41,419 nucleotides of DNA from Fidelibacterota bacterium (GTDB lineage: Bacteria > Fidelibacterota > UBA2242), in contig JBNGDF010000022.1 in assembly GCA_049975265.1 (NCBI GenBank), positions 1-41,419 of the forward strand. Direction: 5' to 3'. Below, one piece after another: positions 19,551 to 29,329 of this stretch (its first letter is position 1; every line of letters starts with the position of its first letter). The notes under the pieces were generated by a model that was given only the letters and a program-made list of their open reading frames with translations, was not told the origin of the DNA and ran no database searches. The position numbers and the translations under genes are program-made.

Positions 19551-20411
19551 ATGAACAAAATGACACTCCCATTGACGCTTGGTTTGATGATCTTGGTGAC
19601 ATCCTGTAGTCTTAACCGGTTGGTGGTAAATGCTGCCGGCGATTTCATGGAATCGGGCATTGATGTCATCTACTCGGAAGGGGACCTTGAAATCGCCGAA
19701 CAATTTCTTGCAAACAACCTGAAAATGATCGAGCTGCTTTTGCAGCGTGATCCGGATAATTCTGAACTGAATCTTTTGGCAGCTCAGGGTTTCGGCGCCT
19801 TTGCCATGGCGTTTGTGGAGGATAAAAATCCACAACGTGCCGCCCGACTGTATGAGCGGGGTCTGAATTATGCCTTCCGGGCACTGCCCGAAAAACGACG
19901 TTTTTCTCCGGATATTACTCCACAAGATCTGGAAATTCTATTGTCAAAATACACCACCGATGATGTCCCGGCGCTTTTTTGGCTGGGCTATAACTGGGGT
20001 TCGCTGGTGCTCCAGAACCTGGACAATCCGCGCATGCTCCTGAACCTGTCCAAAGTGGAAATGATTATGAAGCGCGTTCTGGAACTGGATGAGAGTTACA
20101 ATTTTGCCGGCGTACACCTGTTCTACGGTACCTTCTACGCCGCCCGTCCTCCGCTGCTAGGCGGAAATCCCGAAAAGGGGCGCGAACATTTCATGCGCAA
20201 TCTTGAATTGACCGGTCATCGATTTTACATGACAAAATTTTTTCTTGCCCGCTATTATGCGGTTCAGGTTCAGGATCGGCAGCTGTTCGATAATTTACTG
20301 CAGGAAATCCTGGAGCTGGATATCGATCAATATCCCGAAATTCGGCTGATGAACGCTCTGGCACAAAAAAAGGCGCAGGCGCTGCTGGAAAAACAGGATC
20401 AATACTGGTAA
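19551..20411 (+). CDS. TRAP transporter T-component (TatT) lipoprotein
   Basis: Lipobox LVTSC; DLEIAE..L...LK..E.LL..DP.N, ALFW....WG, ELDESY..AG.HLF.G..YA.RPP.LGGNPEKGR.HF, A.YYAV..QDR.LF, N.LAQKKA..LL. Confidence 0.88.
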   Translation: MNKMTLPLTLGLMILVTSCSLNRLVVNAAGDFMESGIDVIYSEGDLEIAEQFLANNLKMIELLLQRDPDNSELNLLAAQGFGAFAMAFVEDKNPQRAARLYERGLNYAFRALPEKRRFSPDITPQDLEILLSKYTTDDVPALFWLGYNWGSLVLQNLDNPRMLLNLSKVEMIMKRVLELDESYNFAGVHLFYGTFYAARPPLLGGNPEKGREHFMRNLELTGHRFYMTKFFLARYYAVQVQDRQLFDNLLQEILELDIDQYPEIRLMNALAQKKAQALLEKQDQYW

Positions 20412-20424
20412 GAAACGAGGTATT

Positions 20425-21426
20425 ATGAAATTTTACACTTTTTTTCTGACTCTTCTAATCCCAATTGTCGTTCTGGGACAAAAGACCTATACGATCAAGA
20501 TGGCGACTGTCGCACCGGAAGGCTCCGTCTGGATGGAAGAAATGCACGCATTTGAGAAGGAAATCGCCCGGTTGACCGACAAACGCATTATGTTCAAAGC
20601 CTACGCCAACGCCGTTCAGGGCAGCGAAAAGGACGTCCTGCGAAAAATGAAGCTGGGACAGCTGGATGCCGGTACGTTCACCGGTGTCGGTTTGGGCGAT
20701 ATTGTTCCGGAAGTCCGGATTCTGGACCTGCCCTTCCTTTTCAAAAACAGCGATGAAGTCGATTATGTCTACAGCAATCTGCTGGATGAATTCCAGAAAA
20801 AATTTGAGGAGAAGGGCTTCTATCTGGTCGGTTGGGCGGAAGTAGGCTTCGTCTATCTTTTTACCAATAAGCCGGTTCGGAGTATCGCCGATTTGCGGGA
20901 TATTAAAATGTGGCTCTGGAAAGGCGATCCCCTGGCAAAGGCAACCTTCGATGTAATGAAAATCCCCTCCATTCCGCTTGATGTAACCGACGTCCATACC
21001 GCCTTGCAGACCGGCATGCTGGACGGTGTTTACATCTCACCTTATGGTGTTTTGGCACTGCAGTGGTATGTGAGGACGAGCTACATTCTGGATTATCCGC
21101 TGACCAATTCCGTCGGTGCGGTGTTGATGACAACTAAAAAACTGAATTCACTTCCCGAGGATTTGCGCCGGATTCTGATTGACGAAACCCGCAAAAGCAT
21201 GCGTCGGATTGTCGTTTCCAGCCGCAAAGATAATCTGGAATCGCTGGAAGTGTTGCAGGAAGCCGGACTGAAACTGGTGCCCCCTGAAAACCAGGCTGCC
21301 ATTGCTGAATTTAACACCGCCGGTGTCCAGGTTCGTGAAAAACTGGTCGGTGATCTCTATTCCCGGGAGCTGCTGGATAAGGTTATTCGATTGCTGGAAG
21401 AGTACAGAGCAAGCCATGGTTCATAA
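20425..21426 (+). CDS. dctP: TRAP substrate-binding protein DctP (TatP type)
   Basis: IKMATVAPEGSVW, GSEKDVLRKMKLGQLD, LDLPFLF, ALQTGMLDG. Confidence 0.92.
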   Translation: MKFYTFFLTLLIPIVVLGQKTYTIKMATVAPEGSVWMEEMHAFEKEIARLTDKRIMFKAYANAVQGSEKDVLRKMKLGQLDAGTFTGVGLGDIVPEVRILDLPFLFKNSDEVDYVYSNLLDEFQKKFEEKGFYLVGWAEVGFVYLFTNKPVRSIADLRDIKMWLWKGDPLAKATFDVMKIPSIPLDVTDVHTALQTGMLDGVYISPYGVLALQWYVRTSYILDYPLTNSVGAVLMTTKKLNSLPEDLRRILIDETRKSMRRIVVSSRKDNLESLEVLQEAGLKLVPPENQAAIAEFNTAGVQVREKLVGDLYSRELLDKVIRLLEEYRASHGS

Positions 21427-21901
21427 AATTCGGCTCATTATCGAAAAAGTCACCGGCTGGATGGCGGTTTCGTTGATGCTGTTTTTGGTGGTACTGGCAT
21501 TTATCCAGGTCATCCTGAGGAATTTTTTCTCCGTTGGGATCAATGCCTTTGACGAGCTGATGAGGAATGCCGTATTGTGGATCGCATTCGTTGGTGCGTC
21601 TCTGACTACTCTGCGGGGAAAACATATCTCCATTGACATACTGCCGCGTTTCACGAAAGGCAAAATTAAAGCGATTCTGGATTGGCTGCTGGCACTGACG
21701 GCATCGCTGATATCTTTGTTTCTCGCCTGGCTGGGAATTCGTTTTCTGAGCCTGGAAATCGAAATGGGGTCGGTCATTGCAGGCATCATCCCCGCCTGGA
21801 TAATAGAAATGATCATCCCCGTGGGATTTTTTCTGTTGGCGCTCTGTTTCCCACTGCGGATTCTCGATCGTCAAAATGACGAACATGAGGTGTTCGGATG
21901 A
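21416..21901 (+). CDS. dctQ: TRAP small permease DctQ
   Basis: Four transmembrane helices; QVILRNFF, DELMR..VLWIAFVGASL, HISIDIL. Confidence 0.9.
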   Translation: MVHKIRLIIEKVTGWMAVSLMLFLVVLAFIQVILRNFFSVGINAFDELMRNAVLWIAFVGASLTTLRGKHISIDILPRFTKGKIKAILDWLLALTASLISLFLAWLGIRFLSLEIEMGSVIAGIIPAWIIEMIIPVGFFLLALCFPLRILDRQNDEHEVFG

Positions 21902-23166
21902 CGCTGTCGATTACCGTGCTCGTTGTACTGTTGATCGGTATTGGTCTGCCACTGTTTGCAGCGATTGGTTTCGCAGCTGCCATGCAGTTTACCTACAGCG
22001 GGATTGATCCGACAGTCGTCATGGTCGAATTATACCGTATTGCTTCCGCCCCGACATTGTTAGCGATCCCGCTCTTTACACTGGCAGGTTATGTGCTTGC
22101 CGAGAGCAAAGCCCCGAAGCGTCTGCTAAATCTGGCGGATGCGCTGCTGGGCTGGTTGCCAGGCGGGGTGGCGCTGGTTGCCCTGATCACCTGTGCGCTC
22201 TTCACCTGCTTCACCGGCGCATCGGGAATCACTATTATTGCCATCGGCGGTCTGATTTACCCGATTTTAAAAAAGCAGCAATACGACGAAAAATTTTCTT
22301 ACGGACTGATCACCTGCTCCGGCTCTCTGGGACTGCTCTTCCCACCCAGCCTGCCGTTGATTCTGTATGGTGTCATCGCATCGGTTTCCATAGATAAGCT
22401 CTTTCTTGCCGGTATATTGCCCGGTCTGCTGATTATTCTGCTACTGTTTCTCTATTCTGCAAAAATGGATGTAAACCGATCACTGCGACGCACGGCATTT
22501 TCCTGGCGGAAAGTCTTTTCGGCACTTCGCAATGCCAAATGGGAAATTCCGATTCTGATCATTATCATCGGCGGCATCTATGGCGGCTTCATCACGGCAG
22601 TGGAAGCCAGCTCCATTACGGCGTTTTATGTATTGGTGGTCGAATTTTTCCTGAATAAAGATTTGAAGCTCAAAACCGATCTGTATCCGGTGGTGCGCAA
22701 TGCTGTCCAACTGGTGGGTGGAATTATGATCATTCTCAGCACTTCGATGGGATTGACGGCGTTTTTCATCGATGCCCAAATTCCTCAGACGGCGTTGATC
22801 TGGATCAGGTCGGTCATCAGCTCGAAGTTCACATTTTTGCTGCTGCTGAACGGATTTCTGCTGGTGACAGGTGCGTTGCTGGATATTTTCTCGGCGATTA
22901 TCATCGTGGTACCGCTGATCGTGCCGATTGCCATCAGCTACGGTGTCGATCCGGTGCATCTCGGGATCATTTTCCTGACCAATCTGGAAATCGGCTATCT
23001 GACACCACCGATTGGGCTAAACCTCTTTATCTCCAGCTTTCGGTTTAACCAATCCATTCTCTACTTCTATCGGGTCAGCCTGCCGTTTCTGGCGATTTTA
23101 CTCATTGCCCTGTTGCTCATTACCTATATCCCGTCGATCAGCCTGTTCCTCGTGGGAATGTTTTAG
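21898..23166 (+). CDS. dctM: TRAP large permease DctM
   Basis: LLAIPLFTLAG, FTGASG, GSLGLLFPPS, GVDPVHLGII, GYLTPPIGLNLF. Confidence 0.94.
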   Translation: MTLSITVLVVLLIGIGLPLFAAIGFAAAMQFTYSGIDPTVVMVELYRIASAPTLLAIPLFTLAGYVLAESKAPKRLLNLADALLGWLPGGVALVALITCALFTCFTGASGITIIAIGGLIYPILKKQQYDEKFSYGLITCSGSLGLLFPPSLPLILYGVIASVSIDKLFLAGILPGLLIILLLFLYSAKMDVNRSLRRTAFSWRKVFSALRNAKWEIPILIIIIGGIYGGFITAVEASSITAFYVLVVEFFLNKDLKLKTDLYPVVRNAVQLVGGIMIILSTSMGLTAFFIDAQIPQTALIWIRSVISSKFTFLLLLNGFLLVTGALLDIFSAIIIVVPLIVPIAISYGVDPVHLGIIFLTNLEIGYLTPPIGLNLFISSFRFNQSILYFYRVSLPFLAILLIALLLITYIPSISLFLVGMF

Positions 23167-23226
23167 GAATCACAAAGGCACAGATTATTTTTCTTTGTAG
23201 AGGCAAAATGTTGAGGAATTCTGTAG

Positions 23227-23427
23227 TGGCAATTCCCCGCGTAGAGGGATCGCCAACATGAAATGCATTTACAAGATTTCATTCATTAGGTCGTTCCCAT
23301 TAATCACATGACTCGTTACGATGCTTCCCGCCCGAATAAAGCGGTCAAGCAGGCTGCGACGTGACCGCTGAATGAACCTTGAGGTTACGCCGTAGGAACG
23401 GTGTAACCAGTGGGTAAGAGGTTTTTT
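23227..23427. ncRNA. Candidate structured RNA (family unassigned)
   Basis: Four hairpins and a 13-bp long-range helix in a 266-nt convergent intergenic region with no ORF (details in findings). Confidence 0.4.
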
Positions 23428-23432
23428 AGGCT

Positions 23433-25406
23433 TCAGCCTGTTTTATTAATCTCGAATTTGTTTGACAGTTTTCGGGCTGTTATTCCGATTGATTCATTTT
23501 CCTGCTGCAGCTCTTTCACAAAGGAATTGCCTTCATAATCGCCCCGAACCATGGTAAAATCCGCCAGAATTGTGTCCGCATCGTCGCTGTCAATACCATA
23601 GGCGATGCGGGCATTCTGATCGAATTCCTTCTCTGCGTCTTTCAGAATCATATTATTGAACTTAATACCGGCATTTTCCCAGTCAGAGATGATTTTCTGA
23701 AGGTCATCTTTTGCAATATCTTTGATGTCCTTGTCAAGCCGCTTCTCAATGAGACCACATGTCCAACGCCAGCTTTCATTCGGATAATCTCTGTAAATGT
23801 CTGTCAATTCGCTTATTAGTGCCTGAATTGAGCTGATTTTCTGGTTTTTCACGTCATTAAGCAGAATATCCAATCTGCTCGCTGAAAGTAGCATCCCGGA
23901 AAGGTCTACCCATTTCCCGGAAGAAGTTTTACCATCGAATATATCCGATTTACGGCTGGTATTTTCAAGACGCTTAATTAATTCGTTCCCAATATAAATT
24001 TTAATCGCCAGATCGTAATATTTCGCGCATGTTCTCAGCAGTAACCGCTTGATATAAAGACCTTTATAATGGATGTATTCCTGATCTTTACCGGTTTTTC
24101 CCGACAGATCTTCCAGCAATGCCCGTGCCCGGACCACCTTCCCGATGATGTAGGGATTAAACAGATCGAAATGAATCAGATCGTGTTTCACAGGATCGGT
24201 GCGTCTGTCACGTGCCGGCCATTTGGCAGAGTCCCGGCGTGTCCCAACTGTGAAAAGATTCATCGCCGGTGTCAATTGGGTTTTGCCCTCCTCTTCCGTG
24301 ATATAGGAAAAGGGGAAATCAGAAGCATCAAAATTGGCAGTATGCTTGCCGGTGACAACGGAAAAGGCACCGACTCTTGACGGCCAGAGCAGATAGGAAA
24401 AGGAACCGGTTTTGGAGCCTCTTTCCAGAATTCCCTGGTGAACGGGTCCAAGCTTGTACAGATGATTGCTCTGATTCGTTCCGCTGCCGGCATTGTAAAA
24501 AGAGAAAAGTCCGGCGATCAGTAATGTCGATTTATGATGAGTCACGGTATATGGACCCGCGAAAATACTGCAGGCTTCACCGTGAAGCCCTTCACAATTG
24601 GCGAAAAATGCTGAATTTTCGGCGGAGTACTGTTTGCCGATCTTGACCCCCTGACCTACAAAACAGCGGTCCAGCAGCGCCCCTCCGTCAATTTTTGAAC
24701 CGGACTGAACGATGAATTTCCTGGCAATCACTGAATCACCAATATAAACCGGTGCTTCCCATTTGCTACCGATAGTTCCCTCTTCCAGGCGGGTGACATT
24801 TTCAACCCGCGAGGATTCTCCGAAACGGACATTTTTGATGATGCCGGAATAGCGAATAACACTGCCGGTGCCGATCAATCCCCGTGAAGCTTGCTTCGAA
24901 TTGCAGTATTCGGCAATCAACGCCGTCAGACGTTCGATAAATTTCTGATCATGGCGGTAGTTTACAATCAGGTAGGCTATCTGCGCCGATAAGCAGTCAA
25001 AGATCGGTAAGGTCCGACCGCCCCCCTCATTTAAAATATCCAACTCCACGCCATTGCCGAATCTGCTAACACCCTCTGTGACAATGGAGTTACAGTATTC
25101 TATTACAGTATCATCTGAAATATCGTAATTCGCCAGATTGGCTACATTGGAAATCAGACAATTATCCCCGATGGCACAATTTGACAGGCAAGTGTTAAAA
25201 ATTCCGGACCCGGCAGCTCTCCGCAAATCAGAATTTGCGCCTTTGTCATTCAGGTGTCCGATTTTGATTTTCCCACTGAAGGTGACATTTCTGATAGCTC
25301 CGGTTTGAAATGGATCATCGACGGAAATTGTGCCCCAATCCCGGGCGCTGCATCCCTGAGATACCAGGGTATCGATTTCCTGCTGAGTCAGCTTTCGGTA
25401 TGCCAT
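23433..25406 (-). CDS. DUF4954 family protein (hexapeptide-repeat-like beta-helix region)
   Basis: YRKLT..EI..L..QGC.A.DW, FGNG....LNEGGGR, GEACSIFAGPYTVTHHKSTLLIAG.FSFYNAGSGTNQSNH.YKLGPVHQG; start at MAYRK. Confidence 0.85.
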   Translation of the reverse strand: MAYRKLTQQEIDTLVSQGCSARDWGTISVDDPFQTGAIRNVTFSGKIKIGHLNDKGANSDLRRAAGSGIFNTCLSNCAIGDNCLISNVANLANYDISDDTVIEYCNSIVTEGVSRFGNGVELDILNEGGGRTLPIFDCLSAQIAYLIVNYRHDQKFIERLTALIAEYCNSKQASRGLIGTGSVIRYSGIIKNVRFGESSRVENVTRLEEGTIGSKWEAPVYIGDSVIARKFIVQSGSKIDGGALLDRCFVGQGVKIGKQYSAENSAFFANCEGLHGEACSIFAGPYTVTHHKSTLLIAGLFSFYNAGSGTNQSNHLYKLGPVHQGILERGSKTGSFSYLLWPSRVGAFSVVTGKHTANFDASDFPFSYITEEEGKTQLTPAMNLFTVGTRRDSAKWPARDRRTDPVKHDLIHFDLFNPYIIGKVVRARALLEDLSGKTGKDQEYIHYKGLYIKRLLLRTCAKYYDLAIKIYIGNELIKRLENTSRKSDIFDGKTSSGKWVDLSGMLLSASRLDILLNDVKNQKISSIQALISELTDIYRDYPNESWRWTCGLIEKRLDKDIKDIAKDDLQKIISDWENAGIKFNNMILKDAEKEFDQNARIAYGIDSDDADTILADFTMVRGDYEGNSFVKELQQENESIGITARKLSNKFEINKTG

Positions 25407-25416
25407 CGCCGTTCCG

Positions 25417-26226
25417 CTATATTCTGGGTAATTCTGCCAGCGCCCGGCTTTCAATATCTTTGAAGTATCGCACTGTACCGACCTTGAGCTCCATGGTGGA
25501 TTCGTCATCACAGCAGATCATGCCGTGCTCATGTAGCTGCAGCATCGATACCGTCCACATGTGGTTGACACCCTCTTCAACCACTTTCTGCAACGCGCGG
25601 GCTTTTTTATATCCATTAATAATAATCAGCACCTCCCGCGCCGCCATGACCGTACCCACACCCACCGTCAGGGCTGTCTTGGGCACTTTGTTGATGTCAT
25701 TATCAAAGAATCGGGAATTAGCGAGAATAGTATCGTAGGTCAGGGTCTTGATCCGCGTTTTGGAATTCAGCGAAGAACCCGGTTCATTGAAAGCAATGTG
25801 ACCGTCGGGTCCGATGCCACCGAGAAACAGATCGATTCCCCCGGCTAGTTTGATTTTTTCTTCAAATTCCTGACATTCCTGTTCCAGATCGACGGCATTG
25901 CCGTTTAAAATGTTGGTGTTTTCTTTCGGGATATCAATATGACGAAACAGATTGTCCCACATAAAATAGTGATAACTCTCCGGGTGATCCTCCGGCAGTC
26001 CGACATACTCATCCATATTGAACGTAACCACATGTTTAAACGATACGTTGCCCTGTTTGTGCAGATTAACTAGTTCCCGGTACGTCCCGATAGGGGAAGA
26101 ACCGGTAGGCAATCCCAGTACGAAGGGTTTGTCAGCGCTCGGCTGTGCTGAATTAATTTTATGGACAACATAATGCGCCACCCATTGGCTCAGCCTTGCA
26201 TAATTTTCATGAATTAGTATCCTCAT
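25417..26226 (-). CDS. nagB: Glucosamine-6-phosphate deaminase
   Basis: [43 protein letters not shown]. Confidence 0.97.
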   Translation of the reverse strand: MRILIHENYARLSQWVAHYVVHKINSAQPSADKPFVLGLPTGSSPIGTYRELVNLHKQGNVSFKHVVTFNMDEYVGLPEDHPESYHYFMWDNLFRHIDIPKENTNILNGNAVDLEQECQEFEEKIKLAGGIDLFLGGIGPDGHIAFNEPGSSLNSKTRIKTLTYDTILANSRFFDNDINKVPKTALTVGVGTVMAAREVLIIINGYKKARALQKVVEEGVNHMWTVSMLQLHEHGMICCDDESTMELKVGTVRYFKDIESRALAELPRI

Positions 26227-26238
26227 AAAAAATCCTTT

Positions 26239-28392
26239 CTACACTTTTTTAGTATTGCTGTTAATCATGATTTTCGCATCGGCAACAAAGCAGCCCTCCC
26301 CCTCTTTGAGGACGATCAACGGGTTGATGTCCAACTCCCTGATCTGGGGACAGTCGCACGCCAGTTGGGAAAGCCGCTGAATGGCTTTCACCACCGCTGG
26401 AATATCACAAACCGCCTGTCCTCGGGCACCCTTCAGCAGCGCCGATGATTTGGTTTCATCGATCATGGCACGCGCCTCGCCTGCACTGAGCGGTGCAATC
26501 CGAAAACTGACATCCCGGAATATCTCGACAAAAATGCCCCCCAATCCAAACATTACCACCGAGTTAAAAGAGGGATCGCGTTTGACACCCAAAATTACCT
26601 CCTGCCCTTTGGGTATCATTTTCCGCACTAAAACACCATCAATCGTTGCACCCGGCAATCTGGAATGGACATTTTTCATCATCTTGTTGTAAGCCGTTTT
26701 TACCTCCCCGGCATTTTTTAAATCCAGGGCAACCCCGCCGATATCATATTTATGGATAATATCAGGAGACATGATTTTCATAACCACCGGATAGGAACTT
26801 TTTTCGGCATACCGAACCGCCTCTTCCTTACTGACAGCCAGATAGGATTCAATAACCGGCAAACCGTAAGCTTCGAGCACTTTCAGAGCGGTGTCTTCCG
26901 TTAAAAACTGCCGTTTCTCAGCGGTGGCGCGCTCCAGAATTGCACCTGCCTCATCAGCCCGGATATCATGAAAACGGGAAACCTCGATTTTGGCACTGTG
27001 CTTCGTCTGGTGAAATTTATAAACCGTTGCCACCGTCTTACACATATCCTCCGGCAGGGAGTAATGCGGGATTTTATTCCGCTGTAAAACCTCAATCCCC
27101 TCCTGTACATCGGCTTCTCCCATGAAGGAGGCATAGACCGGTTTGTCATAATGGCTGGACACTTTCGCCACTTCCCTAGCAATCAGATCGATTTCTGTCA
27201 TGGATTGCGGTGTCAATATCACAAAAACCGCATCTACTGCCGGATCATCAAACGCCGCAGAAAGGGCGATGTTGTACCGATCAGCGCGGGCATCTCCAAT
27301 CACATCAACCGGATTATTGATATTGGCGGTTTTGGGCAGATGCTTTTTTAATTTTGCTGTCGTTTTTTCCGAAAAGGTGGCTAACTTCAGACCGTCATGA
27401 ATCGCTGCATCGGTTGCCAGCACGCCGGGACCACCGGCATTGGTGATAATTGCAATGTTGTTAGTTTTGGGTGGCGGCTGGTAGGCAAACGCAATGGCAA
27501 TATTGAACATCTCTTCAATATTACTGCAGCGGATAATTCCCGCTTGCTGGAAAGCCGCCGCACAGATTTCATCGCTGCCGGCTAACGAACCGGTATGCGA
27601 AGCAGCAGCGGAAGCACCTTCGCTGGTACGACCCGATTTGAGGATCAGGATCGGTTTACCGCTTTCGGAAATAACTTCCCGGGCTGCTTTCATCAGGGCA
27701 TTCCCGTCAGAGACCTCTTCAAGATACATCAGGATGGCCTTCGTTTTCGGATCATCTTTCAGGTAGTACAACAGATCAATTTCACTGATATCGGCTTTGT
27801 TGCCGAAACTGATAAATTTCGAGAAGCCGATATGTTTTGCCTGCGCATAGTCGAGAACCGCTGTACAGAGCGCCCCGCTTTGCGACAAGAAGGCGATTTT
27901 GCCCTCTTCGGGCATTTGGCGTGCAAAGGAGGCGTTTATTCGTGATACCGGATCGGTGTTGATCACTCCCAGACAGTTGGGACCAATGAAAGACAACTCA
28001 TATTTATCGGCTATCGCCTTAATCTGCTTCTCCCGCACAATGCCCTCACCACCGACCTCCTTGAAACCGGCGGAAATGATAATCGCCGACGTAATGCCCT
28101 TCTGTCCGCACTGCTCCAGCGCCATGTGACAGACCGAAGCAGGAAACACCAGAATTGCCAGATCGATCGGATCCTCAATATCAACCACATATTTATAGGC
28201 TTTGATTCCGGCTATGAATTTCTCCCGCGGGCTGACCGGGAATACGATCCCGTTAAAATCGGCTTTTAAAATGTTATCCAGAATGTCGTGCGGTACCGTG
28301 CCACGGACTTTATTCGCTCCGATGATCGCTACGGAATCGGGATAAAAGATTTTCTCCAGGTTTTTTCGATGGTATTCAGATTTGGTCGCCAT
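26239..28392 (-). CDS. ADP-forming acetate/acyl-CoA synthetase, fused alpha+beta chains
   Basis: CoA-binding domain (GPNCLG, SQSGAL, GNKAD), phospho-His motif AASHTGSLAG, TNAGGPG, and ATP-grasp domain (PVVMKIMSPDIIHK.D.GGV, ELDINPL). No GNAT domain. Confidence 0.9.
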   Translation of the reverse strand: MATKSEYHRKNLEKIFYPDSVAIIGANKVRGTVPHDILDNILKADFNGIVFPVSPREKFIAGIKAYKYVVDIEDPIDLAILVFPASVCHMALEQCGQKGITSAIIISAGFKEVGGEGIVREKQIKAIADKYELSFIGPNCLGVINTDPVSRINASFARQMPEEGKIAFLSQSGALCTAVLDYAQAKHIGFSKFISFGNKADISEIDLLYYLKDDPKTKAILMYLEEVSDGNALMKAAREVISESGKPILILKSGRTSEGASAAASHTGSLAGSDEICAAAFQQAGIIRCSNIEEMFNIAIAFAYQPPPKTNNIAIITNAGGPGVLATDAAIHDGLKLATFSEKTTAKLKKHLPKTANINNPVDVIGDARADRYNIALSAAFDDPAVDAVFVILTPQSMTEIDLIAREVAKVSSHYDKPVYASFMGEADVQEGIEVLQRNKIPHYSLPEDMCKTVATVYKFHQTKHSAKIEVSRFHDIRADEAGAILERATAEKRQFLTEDTALKVLEAYGLPVIESYLAVSKEEAVRYAEKSSYPVVMKIMSPDIIHKYDIGGVALDLKNAGEVKTAYNKMMKNVHSRLPGATIDGVLVRKMIPKGQEVILGVKRDPSFNSVVMFGLGGIFVEIFRDVSFRIAPLSAGEARAMIDETKSSALLKGARGQAVCDIPAVVKAIQRLSQLACDCPQIRELDINPLIVLKEGEGCFVADAKIMINSNTKKV

Positions 28393-28411
28393 GAATTCTC
28401 CAATCGTCCGT

Positions 28412-28651
28412 TTACAGATAATCCATAATAAAATCGACTGCATCAGAAACAGTTTGTACGGTCAACGCCTTATCTTCATCCATCTCGATATCGAACTCCT
28501 CCTCAAAACCGGCTACCAGTTCAAGACTCTGCATGGAATCGGCGCCCAAATCAAAGATGAAATTGGCATCGGGCGTAATTTCTGAAGCCTCTATCTTCAG
28601 AACCTTTGAAACGACCTTGATAACTTTTTCCTGTACTTGACTGCGGTCCAC
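28412..28651 (-). CDS. Acyl carrier protein
   Basis: 79 aa, acidic; F..DLGADSMQSLELV..FEEEFDIE...A..V.TV.DAVDFI with the phosphopantetheine Ser; GGGAGG ribosome-binding site before a GTG start. Confidence 0.92.
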   Translation of the reverse strand: MDRSQVQEKVIKVVSKVLKIEASEITPDANFIFDLGADSMQSLELVAGFEEEFDIEMDEDKALTVQTVSDAVDFIMDYL

Positions 28652-28806
28652 CTTAGCCTCCCTAATTAATTAATAATTAAATATATAAAGATGCTATTCC
28701 CTTTTTTAAAAATTCCGTTTTCTATATGAAAATCCCTTATATTGATGGGCTCTCAACGCTTCTGTATTTTTGTTTGTCCACCGATGAATAATCCTGTTGC
28801 TGATAT

Positions 28807-28845
28807 AAAAACAGTCGCTCAATAATACGGAATTATTGAGCAACT
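28807..28845 (-). terminator. Intrinsic terminator downstream of thioredoxin
   Basis: Minus strand reads AGTTGCTCAATAAT-TCCGT-ATTATTGAGCGACT-GTTTTT. Confidence 0.7.
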
Positions 28846-28900
28846 ATCAAGGAAAATGTGCGTTGTTAGTTAAGTTGGGGTACTATTTAAATTCTTTCGC

Positions 28901-29275
28901 CTACGTTGTGACCTCAGCCTTGACAATCCCGAAAACATCCTGTATGGCTTTTTCAATTGTCTGTTTGGGCAGAGCCCCGACGGCCATCTGCGGTTGCCCC
29001 TCTTTCGGAACAAACAGGATTGATGGAATACTGCGAATTCCAAATACCGCTGCCAGCTCCTGCTCCTGCTCAGTGTTGACTTTGTATACATTCAGTTTGC
29101 CCGCATATTCGCCGGCAATCTCTTCCAGGACGGGAGCGACTATCCGACAGGGTGCACACCAGTCAGCATAGAAGTCAATGATACAGGGCAGCTCGCCCTC
29201 GTACTTCCACTCCCTGTTTTTCTCATAATCAAATACTTTGGATTTAAACTCATCCTTCGTCAAATGGGTTGCCAT
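28901..29275 (-). CDS. trxA: Thioredoxin
   Basis: IIDFYADWCAPC, FGIRSIPS, with a Bacteroidota-style N-terminus (LTK.EF..KVFDY). Confidence 0.92.
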   Translation of the reverse strand: MATHLTKDEFKSKVFDYEKNREWKYEGELPCIIDFYADWCAPCRIVAPVLEEIAGEYAGKLNVYKVNTEQEQELAAVFGIRSIPSILFVPKEGQPQMAVGALPKQTIEKAIQDVFGIVKAEVTT

Positions 29276-29329
29276 CGTTCTCCTTTCTTTTTATTTTTTA
29301 TCTTATCAGATTCCGGCGTTTGGCATCGG

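Noticed and set aside
23167..23432. tmRNA, SRP RNA, RNase P RNA, glmS ribozyme or group II intron domain V
   Set aside because: None of their diagnostic consensus motifs is visible on either strand. Kept only as an unassigned RNA candidate.
26239..28392. Protein lysine acetyltransferase Pat/YfiQ
   Set aside because: There is no GNAT domain and the catalytic His is retained, which fits a true ADP-forming synthetase.
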